Of a stretch of 64,000 nt of DNA, positions 19,816-27,824 are shown piece by piece; positions within the stretch are counted from its first letter, which is position 1, and the number at the start of each line of letters is the position of its first letter. The DNA is from Bacillota bacterium (GTDB lineage Bacteria > Bacillota > Clostridia > Tissierellales > Sedimentibacteraceae): the NCBI GenBank assembly GCA_023425285.1, contig JAFACY010000283.1, forward strand, positions 337 through 64,336, read 5' to 3'. Made by a program: the position numbers and the translations under genes. The notes under the pieces are model-generated. The model had not been told where the DNA came from. It saw nothing but the letters and a program-made list of their open reading frames with translations, and made no database searches.

Positions 19816-22758
19816 TTATAGGTATTCAAATCTTATTATGCTTTTATCGCCTGCTATCAGACGTTGGATTTTCTCCGATAGTACGTTATATCCCAATTCA
19901 TCTGATTCTGTCTTTAGTCGTTGCAGTTCCTCGTTATCAGTTGAACCTGTCGAAATCAACATAGCTCGTTGATATGCCGTTTCGAGGTTGAGTTCGCCCC
20001 ATCTTTGTTCGATTTCCAAATAAATGTTACGGGCTTCATCATAGTTTTTTATTGCTGAATCAAATAACCTTAAATCCGTATGGCAGTTGCCAAGTGCAAG
20101 ATGGACGTGTCCTATCCAACCTTTTATGCCAAGAGATATTGCTGTCGGCAGAACTTCATTAAACAGAACTAAAGCCTCATCTGCCTTTCCCGTCAATCGC
20201 TTTATTTCGCCAAGTATACACTCCAGATAAAACGCATATCGCCAAAGTGCTTTATCTGTTGCAATATGTAATGCTGCATTGCAGATATTCTCAGCTAAGT
20301 CGTATTGTCCGTTCGCACAATAAATCTCAGCTTGTTTCCTCATTACTCTGCAAAGTAACCCAGATAAGCCGTTATCCTTCGCTATCGTATTTGTTTGTTG
20401 CAAATAATAACCGGCTTTTTCAAAATCACCCATTGGAAGGTAAATATGTGCTCCAAGCATAAACAACATTTCGCAATATTGTTCTACATGTTTTTCTTGA
20501 TCAACAAGATCAATAATTACTTCCAAATCATCATGAAGCTTTTGAAGTGGGACATAGAACATCTGGTGGTGAATTCTGCGGATATAAAGTTTTAGACGAT
20601 AGCCGTCATTGGCGATTTCATCTATTTGAAATTCGCTCAAATATTCGGAGATCAGCTCCACGGCTTCCTTGTATTCTCCAGACAGATGAATCATATCCGT
20701 CATTGCCGCAAAAAACTCTGTACCGCCAAGCAAACTGCGTTTAGAGTTGAACAGCTCTAAGAATTGATCAAGCAAATACTTCGTTTCGCCTGATATTTGA
20801 AGCCGCTTTATAGTATCAATATATTCTGCTTCAATGCGAGCCAACATCTGTTCTTGACTTTCAGATGTTTCGAGATGATACAGCAGTTCGGAGAAGTAAA
20901 AGCGGATATCGTCCACAGGGATTTTTTCTGGAGACAACTTTTCTTTATAGTAGTTAATCATACAATTGTCGATAGAGTTTCTTAAATCATGCTTTATGTG
21001 CTTCTTTATCTCGTCGCGCATCAACATATGAATGATATATTTGCTGCTGGATTCGTGCTTGATGAATGAGAACGCATTAAAATTGTCGAAGTTGGTCATG
21101 GAATATCCCGTATGAAAATGCCTATTCAGCATTTCAAATATCTCATAGTCGTAAAAGCGCGGGACGGATAGGGCACGAAGGGCTGCCACTTCGTTCTTTG
21201 CGAGACTTCTAAAAAAACGCTCTTGTATTTCTTGAAACCCTCCCTCAAAGAAATCCGGTGTTATAGCTTTGTTCAAGTTTTTCAACTTATAATAAGTATC
21301 AACGCATAAGTCAAGATAATAAGGGTGTCCATTTGATGCTTTGATAATGCTATCCTGTATAATCTCATCTTCAATTTTGCAAAGCGAAAGGTAATGCTTT
21401 GCAAAATCGGGCGCAAGCACATCTAAAGGAATGAGCTGAATCTTGTCGGGCCACATCTTGCTGTCGAGCTCCCATTGTAATTTTTCTCTCCCTGACAAAA
21501 CGAAAATGATGTTATCAAGCCTATCCATACCCGCCATCATGCGTATCCATGCATCGTTACGGAGTTTGTTTTCTTCACCACGGCCTTCTTCCCAAAGAAG
21601 CTCGTAAGTATCAAAAAACAATACGCACTTATCTAAACCTTCAATCGCCATGTATCGAAAGAGGTCAACCACAAAGAATATTGGGAGTTGATCCTCTATA
21701 TCAGCAGCACTGCGTTCTTCCAGTGCTGCAAGCTGCTCTTGTATTGCTTTGTCTAATCCGAAATACTCGGTATATTCATTATAAATCCGCGTCGTTAAAC
21801 CCGATGACATATTATAAAGAGCGACATTCTGTGGTGATTGAAGTAGCTCTAATACCTTTTGTGACATTTCATTTGGCAATCCGCTATCATGAAAAGAAAA
21901 TTCAGGGTTTCTCTTTATAAAGCACAATGTGACCGCTATATCAAAGTGCGGGAACGTTGTGCCTATCTTTTTTTCAAGCGAAATTAACGCCTTGTACGGA
22001 GTGCGCAGAGCAGGGTCGTCAAAGTCAACAGATGCAAACATGACTTCTTTCTGTCTTGTGTATTCTTTAAGATTCTTTATAAGACTTGATTTGCCTATGC
22101 CTCCAATTCCGTAATACATAATGACATTTTGACTAAACGGAGGTTCACTGTCGAGGATGTTATAAAATACATTCCTTGGTGTTTCGCGGTTTATGAACTC
22201 TTTAGCCGGAATGTGTGATTTGAAAAAACCGCTTAGATTTATTGGTGTATGTGTTTTCTTGACAATAGGCTTGATTACATTTGATATGGTTCCGACTTCT
22301 GTGTCGAACCGGGATTTTGCAATTATATCAGGAGTGGATTTCTTCTTATTGTCAGTTGCACACAGCCTTAATGCTTCTTCAAGTAGTTCAGCACAAGTCT
22401 TACCAACATCAAAATGAGTCGTGGATATGTTGTTTCCATTCAACACATGGCATAACGACTTCAATGCGTCTGTCGTAAAACCGGAAATGTAATCATTGAA
22501 TCTATCTTTATCAAGGCGTCCCAATATAACAGAAGCGTTCTGCGAGGAGATTCTTCTGCTACCGTTGTAGATGCGATTTAAGGCATCCGCCTGTAGCGCA
22601 GCAAGAGGATTGTATTCGCCGTTTGCTGCTTTCACTTTATCAGTTTCATTTGATGGTTCTTCCATAATGTTATCTATCAGTGTGGTAACAAAGTCTGATT
22701 TCTTTTGACCATCACCACAAAACGGGAAAAGCAGCTGCGCAAAGCCATTGAACTCCAT
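19816..22758 (-). CDS. STAND-class NTPase with an N-terminal helical (possibly DNA-binding) domain and C-terminal TPR repeats
   Basis: Walker A YGIGGIGKSS, Walker B LFFDTYE, sensor VLSGRE, STAND GxP motif SNGHPYYL; TPR-like helices in the last ~300 aa. Confidence 0.85.
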   Translation of the reverse strand: MEFNGFAQLLFPFCGDGQKKSDFVTTLIDNIMEEPSNETDKVKAANGEYNPLAALQADALNRIYNGSRRISSQNASVILGRLDKDRFNDYISGFTTDALKSLCHVLNGNNISTTHFDVGKTCAELLEEALRLCATDNKKKSTPDIIAKSRFDTEVGTISNVIKPIVKKTHTPINLSGFFKSHIPAKEFINRETPRNVFYNILDSEPPFSQNVIMYYGIGGIGKSSLIKNLKEYTRQKEVMFASVDFDDPALRTPYKALISLEKKIGTTFPHFDIAVTLCFIKRNPEFSFHDSGLPNEMSQKVLELLQSPQNVALYNMSSGLTTRIYNEYTEYFGLDKAIQEQLAALEERSAADIEDQLPIFFVVDLFRYMAIEGLDKCVLFFDTYELLWEEGRGEENKLRNDAWIRMMAGMDRLDNIIFVLSGREKLQWELDSKMWPDKIQLIPLDVLAPDFAKHYLSLCKIEDEIIQDSIIKASNGHPYYLDLCVDTYYKLKNLNKAITPDFFEGGFQEIQERFFRSLAKNEVAALRALSVPRFYDYEIFEMLNRHFHTGYSMTNFDNFNAFSFIKHESSSKYIIHMLMRDEIKKHIKHDLRNSIDNCMINYYKEKLSPEKIPVDDIRFYFSELLYHLETSESQEQMLARIEAEYIDTIKRLQISGETKYLLDQFLELFNSKRSLLGGTEFFAAMTDMIHLSGEYKEAVELISEYLSEFQIDEIANDGYRLKLYIRRIHHQMFYVPLQKLHDDLEVIIDLVDQEKHVEQYCEMLFMLGAHIYLPMGDFEKAGYYLQQTNTIAKDNGLSGLLCRVMRKQAEIYCANGQYDLAENICNAALHIATDKALWRYAFYLECILGEIKRLTGKADEALVLFNEVLPTAISLGIKGWIGHVHLALGNCHTDLRLFDSAIKNYDEARNIYLEIEQRWGELNLETAYQRAMLISTGSTDNEELQRLKTESDELGYNVLSEKIQRLIAGDKSIIRFEYL

Positions 22759-22784
22759 CTACGTCTTCCTTTCTTCATCTTTTT

Positions 22785-22818
22785 GTCCTGAACCGTCCGA
22801 AACAGTCCCAGTCTGTCC
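22785..22818. repeat. Four GTCC direct repeats at exact 10-bp spacing, upstream of the STAND gene
   Basis: GTCC at 22785, 22795, 22805 and 22815. Confidence 0.7.
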
Positions 22819-23033
22819 GCCTTTGCTCCCGCTTTTTCTCTATCATTTAAGATGCAGTGGGAAGGACAGGTTTGTTATACATTTGCAAAGCATAAGCATT
22901 TTGCAATAGGAGAACGGCAGTTATTTTTTTATATTATAGCACGAACAAGCATGAAAGTATACTAAAAATAACCGAAGGACAATTAAATCCACTATAATCC
23001 ACTATAAAAACGCCAAGAGAGGAAGTGAACCAT

Positions 23034-23204
23034 ATGATCGAAGTTAGAAACAGCAACGGAAGCCTTGTTGCAATGATAGAAGAAGCCACAAGAACAGTCG
23101 TCATCATGCGGAGAGGATACGAGACCCGACTAATTCTAAGTGAGAACGGTAAAATCGTAGTTGAAAATACGAAAACCGCCATAATGAACGGTACACAAAA
23201 ATAG
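23034..23204 (+). CDS. 56-aa small protein MIEVRNSNGSLVAMIEEATRTVVIMRRGYETRLILSENGKIVVENTKTAIMNGTQK
   Basis: GAGAGGAAGTG RBS; open frame read by hand; first gene of the sigma-factor transcript. Confidence 0.65.
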   Translation: MIEVRNSNGSLVAMIEEATRTVVIMRRGYETRLILSENGKIVVENTKTAIMNGTQK

Positions 23205-23224
23205 CAAATCCGCCAGAACGCAAG

Positions 23225-23277
23225 GACGGCAGTGCGGAGGAACACCCAATCGGGTGAACCTCGCCTGTCGTCTTTTT
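23225..23277 (+). terminator. Long imperfect hairpin with T-tract (terminator/attenuator) before the sigma gene
   Basis: GACGGCAG...CACCCAATCGGGTG...CTGTCGTC followed by TTTTT. Confidence 0.55.
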
Positions 23278-23426
23278 CATTTGATGCACGGTGTGAGGTT
23301 CCCATAAAAAGGAGCGAGCATCGTGACTACATACCTCTCATATAACATTTTTGCTTATGGACGGGCACCTCCGTTTCTGACGTTTTGACGCACCATCAAA
23401 ATTTCAGAAAATGGAGGGCAATCCTT

Positions 23427-23846
23427 ATGGCAGAAGAAAAAATATACCAAATCAAGGTGCAGAATCAGCTTGTGCCGGTTAGTGAAGAAGTCTATTTTAC
23501 TTATCACCGCATGAGACGCCGTGAAACCTATCTGGAGGAAAGGGATACGGCAAACGGCGTCTTTTATTACAGTGCCATGGATACGGTGGAAACTACAGGC
23601 GAGGATGGGATTCCGGACCTTGCCTCTCCCCGTGTGGATGATGTGGTCGTGGACAAGCTCATAGCGCAAAAGCTCCACCAGTGCCTCGCACAGCTTTCCA
23701 GGGAAGAACAGGCTCTAATTTTTGCCCTGTATTTTCAAGGAAAATCCCAGGCGGAATTGGGGCGGGAAACCGGTATAAAGCAACAAACTATTAGTTACCG
23801 TGAGCGACAGATTCGGCTGAAACTGAAAAAAATGATAGAAAAATAA
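23427..23846 (+). CDS. Sigma-70 region 4 / ECF-like sigma factor (Tn916 Orf7-like)
   Basis: VPVSEEVY..RRETYLEE..LHQCLAQLSREEQALIFALYFQGKSQAELGRETGIKQQTISYR; GGAGG RBS, ATG 23427. Confidence 0.85.
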   Translation: MAEEKIYQIKVQNQLVPVSEEVYFTYHRMRRRETYLEERDTANGVFYYSAMDTVETTGEDGIPDLASPRVDDVVVDKLIAQKLHQCLAQLSREEQALIFALYFQGKSQAELGRETGIKQQTISYRERQIRLKLKKMIEK

Positions 23847-23885
23847 AAATATTTTTTGTAGACCCTCTCACGAAATCGGCTTAGT

Positions 23886-24431
23886 AGTGAGGGGGTTTTT
23901 CTATTCACCCTCACTGTTCCTTGAAAATTGAATATCCGACGACCTGAATACGTTAGCTGACGGACCCCAAAAAGGAAAAGCGACCCCGGAGGATGCGCCA
24001 AGACCACCTGTAGGCAGGCAGCAAGAAAAGCGAACTCATTTTTTCTATTCGCCTGTTTCTTTCTGCTCCTATCAAAGACGGCCAAATAAGGTGCAAAGCG
24101 GTACCCATCCGTTCGAAAAGCAGGCTGTGGCAGCCTGTCTCGCAATTACTCCGTCAGCCTATATTGATACTTCTGTCCAGTCACAGCCCCCTTTGACCAG
24201 GGGATCACGCAATGAGGGCAGCCGGCAGAGATCCTGGCGGGGGTGAAAGTCCCATGATGCGGTGAAGCCAGCCGCAGTTCAGGCCGTCGCCTTTGCTGTG
24301 CAGGGCTTTGCTTTGCACAGAGTGCTTGGGGAGTAGTGTCGAATTAAGCACCGTTATTACAAAAAAAGACTTAATGTCAGAAGCGATGGGGATCGCTCTG
24401 CCCGTGAAAGCAATCACAGCAGGGCGGTCCC
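23886..24431 (+). ncRNA. Candidate large structured non-coding RNA / leader
   Basis: No credible ORF; nested long-range helices 23937-48/24278-89 and 23956-64/24150-58 plus several local hairpins. Confidence 0.55.
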
Positions 24432-24487
24432 TATATTTGTGCCATTAAGAAAAAAGAAAGGAAGTCAAAACCAAGGAGGTGCAAATC

Positions 24488-24856
24488 TTGAAAGATTACA
24501 AAATGAACATACGGCGTGGAGATATTTTCTACGCTGATCTAAGCCCGACTATAGGCTCCGAGCAGGGCGGTGTCCGTCCGGTACTTATTCTGCAAAATAA
24601 TATCGGCAATCGATACAGTCCCACGGTAATAGTGTGTGCCATAACAGGCAAAACAGAAAAAAATAATATACCTACCCATGTTTTCATCAGTACGGCCTGC
24701 GGATGCCTAAAGGAATCATGTGTTCTGTTAGAGCAAATTCGCACCCTTGACAGAAAACGACTCAAAGAAAAAGTCGGAAATCTTTCCGACCACGAGATGG
24801 CAAGAGTAAATGAAGCATTATCTATCAGCGTCGGACTCAATCCGGCGTTTTTTTAA
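24488..24856 (+). CDS. mazF: MazF/PemK-family endoribonuclease toxin (no adjacent antitoxin gene)
   Basis: [45 protein letters not shown]...[14 protein letters not shown] start 8 nt after AGGAGG. Confidence 0.92.
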   Translation: MKDYKMNIRRGDIFYADLSPTIGSEQGGVRPVLILQNNIGNRYSPTVIVCAITGKTEKNNIPTHVFISTACGCLKESCVLLEQIRTLDRKRLKEKVGNLSDHEMARVNEALSISVGLNPAFF

Positions 24857-24874
24857 TGTAAGGAGGATGATCAG

Positions 24875-25093
24875 ATGAATTCTAAAGTACCCATGTTTGA
24901 AAAATACCCCGACGTAGTCGAGGTGGAGCAGCTCCGGGAAATGCTTGGCGGCATCAGCCGGAAATTGGCTTATAAATTGCTTTCGGAAAAAGAGATACAT
25001 AGCGTTCGCATTGGACGGACCTATAAAATTCCAAAGGCATGCGTTATTGAATATTTGCTGAGTGAAGAAATGTGTCATATCAAGATTGGTTGA
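24875..25093 (+). CDS. Excisionase-like helix-turn-helix protein
   Basis: MFEKYPDVVEVEQLREMLGGISRKLAYKLL..IHSVRIGRTYKIPK; directly upstream of the integrase. Confidence 0.85.
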   Translation: MNSKVPMFEKYPDVVEVEQLREMLGGISRKLAYKLLSEKEIHSVRIGRTYKIPKACVIEYLLSEEMCHIKIG

Positions 25094-25241
25094 TATGGCT
25101 TTTTGCTTATTATTGACCCAAAACCGTAGAAAAATCCGTTGGATTGCTTCCGCGTAAAACAGTAGCTATCCCATGCCTTCTGTGGTATTGTGATGTTGTC
25201 AATGGTAGGCAAATACGCTGTTATTTCAAAGGAGGATAACC

Positions 25242-26489
25242 ATAATAACAGGCTGCCTACAAGAAAAAAACAATACTTATTATGCCGTCCTTTATATCAA
25301 AGTAGACGGTAAAAGAAAAACCAAATGGATTCCCACCGGATTGCCGGTAGCGGGAACCAGCGACAGGAAAGCGAAAAAAGCCTTTGACCAAATCCGGTTG
25401 GAATACGAACAGGAGCAGGAAGAAAAGGAACGTCGAGAAGCCGAGGAACGAGCCAGAGAGCTGATCGAGGGCAAACGGAATCCTCAAGCAGAGGTACTGT
25501 TTACCGACTACCTTCAAAAATGGCTGATCCAGGCAAAGCCCACGATAGCCAAAACAACATTTAAAGACTATCAAACCATGCTGGATGGCCGAATCAGCCG
25601 GTACTTTACCGAACTGGACATCACCTTGGCGGAGGTTACTCCGCAGCATATTCAAGATTTCCATCAATCAATTTTTGATGAGGGTCATACACCAAATACG
25701 GTCATCCATTACCACGCAGTTCTCCGCAGAGCATTGCAGAATGCGGTGAAAAAAGAAATCATCGACAGCAACCCCGCTGACCGGGTAGACAGGCAAAAGA
25801 AGAATATGTACCAAGCCCAATTTTATTCCGCAGAGGAAATGATGGCACTGTTTGATGCGGTATCGAATGACCCCTTGGAGATTTGTGTGAAGCTGGCGGC
25901 TTACTATGGATTACGCAGAAGTGAAGTCCTGGGATTAAAGTGGGATGCGATTAATCTTGAGCAAAAGACCATCTCCATCAAGCACAAGGTGATTGAGGAC
26001 ACGGTAGATGGCAAATCCATAGCGGTCGGGGAAGATGTACTGAAAACCAAGTCCAGCTTCCGCACCCTTCCGTTACTGCCATCGGTGGAAAAACTGCTGC
26101 TTGCGGAAAAGGAAAAGCAGGAAATGTACCGAAAGCTGTTCAAGCGCTCTTACTGCCGAGATTACCTCGATTATATCTTCCTCGACCAAACAGGAAAGCT
26201 CATGCGCCCCAATTATGTAACGGATCACTTTAGCTGGGTGCTTGAAAAAGCCGACCTCAAAAAAATCCGGTTTCACGACCTCAGACATTCCTGCGCTTCG
26301 CTGCTGCTGGCAAACGGCATATCCATGAAACAGATTCAGATATGGCTGGGACACAGCACCTTCTCCACCACAGCGGATATCTACTCGCACTTGGACTTCC
26401 ACGCACAGATTGAATCGGGGCTTGTGATGGATGGGATGTTTGAGAAAAACCGAGTGGCTGAACCTACTGGACTTGCAGCGGTAAACTGA
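25242..26489 (+). CDS. int: Tyrosine recombinase / site-specific integrase, probable ATA start
   Basis: YGLRRSE, KTKSS, FHDLRHS, LGHS..TADIYSH catalytic motifs; frame open 33 codons upstream of TTG 25341 to an ATA after AAAGGAGG. Confidence 0.93.
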   Translation: MITGCLQEKNNTYYAVLYIKVDGKRKTKWIPTGLPVAGTSDRKAKKAFDQIRLEYEQEQEEKERREAEERARELIEGKRNPQAEVLFTDYLQKWLIQAKPTIAKTTFKDYQTMLDGRISRYFTELDITLAEVTPQHIQDFHQSIFDEGHTPNTVIHYHAVLRRALQNAVKKEIIDSNPADRVDRQKKNMYQAQFYSAEEMMALFDAVSNDPLEICVKLAAYYGLRRSEVLGLKWDAINLEQKTISIKHKVIEDTVDGKSIAVGEDVLKTKSSFRTLPLLPSVEKLLLAEKEKQEMYRKLFKRSYCRDYLDYIFLDQTGKLMRPNYVTDHFSWVLEKADLKKIRFHDLRHSCASLLLANGISMKQIQIWLGHSTFSTTADIYSHLDFHAQIESGLVMDGMFEKNRVAEPTGLAAVN

Positions 26490-26611
26490 TTTTCTACAGT
26501 CTGCTTTATCAGAATACGGCAAACCCTCATATAACAAAGGGTTAAGCAAATCCGTTTTCTACGAAAGCAGAAAAAACGCCCTCAAAAGAGAGCGTAGAAA
26601 TCCTAAAAAAA

Positions 26612-26650
26612 TGGAGGACCTGTTGCGGACATTGACCGCAAACAGGCTCT
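26612..26650 (-). terminator. Hairpin terminator just downstream of the tRNA, inside the element end
   Basis: CCTGTTGCGG/CCGCAAACAGG stem followed on the minus strand by a T-run. Confidence 0.55.
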
Positions 26651-26653
26651 TGA

Positions 26654-26739
26654 CGGAGGCGGTGAGATTCGAACTCACGTGCCCGTGAGGACAACCTGAT
26701 TTCGAGTCAGGCTCGTTATGACCACTTCGATACGCCTCC
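26654..26739 (-). tRNA. tRNA-Ser(CGA), integration site
   Basis: GGAGGCG acceptor stem, CCTGA-CTCGAAA-TCAGG anticodon arm, long variable arm, GTTCGAATC T-loop, discriminator G. Confidence 0.95.
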
Positions 26740-26945
26740 ATATTTATTTTAATACACCAAGCCCCACGTAGAAGTCAAGGCAAAGTGTAGAAAAAACTAT
26801 AAAACTCTAAAAAATTAATTTTCCCAAATCCAACAATTTCAATTTTATATTTATTATGATGTTTTGTCAATATAACAGATAAGATATTTGAAAGTGTTTT
26901 TTCTGAAATAACGGTAAGCCATTCACAGGAAATGAAGCTCCATAT

Positions 26946-27824
26946 CTATTTCCCAAATATTTCTTTTTTTAACTTTAATCCTGTAGGTGTTACAGCAATA
27001 CCACCCTGTGCCGTTTCTCTCAGCTCAGGCGGAAGCTGTCTGCCTACTCTGCTCATAGCCCATACAACTTCGTCAAACGGTATTTTACTTTCGACACCTG
27101 CCATAGCCACATCTGCCGTAGTCAGTGCGCTTACTGTTCCCGCAAAATTTCTCTTAGCACACGGAACCTCTACCAAACCGGCAACGGGGTCACATACGAG
27201 CCCGAGTATATTTTTCAAAACCATTGCTGCGGCATGCAATGCCTGAGCCGGTGTTCCTCCCATCATTTCCACAACTGCAGCAGAGCCCATTGCGGCAGCA
27301 GAGCCGCATTCTGCCTGACACCCTCCCTCTGCACCTGCCAAGGTTGCATTTTTGGCTATTATTATTCCAACTCCCGAGGCGGTAAACAATGCATTTATCA
27401 TGTCGTCCTCGCTTTTACCCAGCATCTCTGCCGCTGATATAACAGTTGCAGGCAAAATGCCACATGAGCCGGCTGTGGGACATGCAACTATTCTACCCAT
27501 AGCAGCATTTACCTCAGAGGATGATAATGCGCTTGCCATTGCTCTCACCATGAAACTGCCTGTAAGTGTATTGCCCGTCTCGGCATATTTGCTTAGCTTG
27601 TACGCATCTCCGCCTATTAGACCGCTCACCGATTTGACTTCCTTTTCCTGAGCCAATCTTGATGAGCTCAGCATCACATTGAGATTTTTTCTCATTTTTT
27701 CAATGACAGCTTCTCTGCTCAATTCGGATTTCTCCATTTCTTCTCTTATGGTGTATTCACATATGGTTATATTTTCTTTGCTGCAAGCATCTATTAATTC
27801 AGTACCGGTTGAAACAAACATCAT
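26946..27824 (-). CDS. sdaAA: L-serine dehydratase, iron-sulfur dependent, alpha subunit
   Basis: EVNAAMGRIVACPTAGSCG, GAEGGCQAECG, LGLVCDPVAGLVEVPC, LRETAQGG. Confidence 0.95.
   Translation of the reverse strand: MMFVSTGTELIDACSKENITICEYTIREEMEKSELSREAVIEKMRKNLNVMLSSSRLAQEKEVKSVSGLIGGDAYKLSKYAETGNTLTGSFMVRAMASALSSSEVNAAMGRIVACPTAGSCGILPATVISAAEMLGKSEDDMINALFTASGVGIIIAKNATLAGAEGGCQAECGSAAAMGSAAVVEMMGGTPAQALHAAAMVLKNILGLVCDPVAGLVEVPCAKRNFAGTVSALTTADVAMAGVESKIPFDEVVWAMSRVGRQLPPELRETAQGGIAVTPTGLKLKKEIFGK

Larger units (their letters stand above)
1..26653. mobile_element. Integrative element / genomic island (right part) inserted at the 3' end of tRNA-Ser(CGA); left end lies outside the window
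   Basis: Tyrosine integrase and excisionase-like HTH abut the tRNA 3' end; ECF sigma, DUF4314-type backbone genes and defence cargo are present; GC is visibly higher than in the flank after 26740. Confidence 0.88.

Noticed and set aside
22934..23305. 123-aa minus-strand ORF
   Set aside because: Overlaps the better-supported plus-strand 56-aa ORF and terminator; no RBS or motif
23886..24431. Group II intron or retron, suggested by the GGGTGAAAGTCCC loop and heavy structure
   Set aside because: No GTGCG 5' end, no recognisable domain V/VI, and no reverse transcriptase in the window
26559..26741. 60-aa minus-strand ORF
   Set aside because: It is a translation of the tRNA-Ser gene
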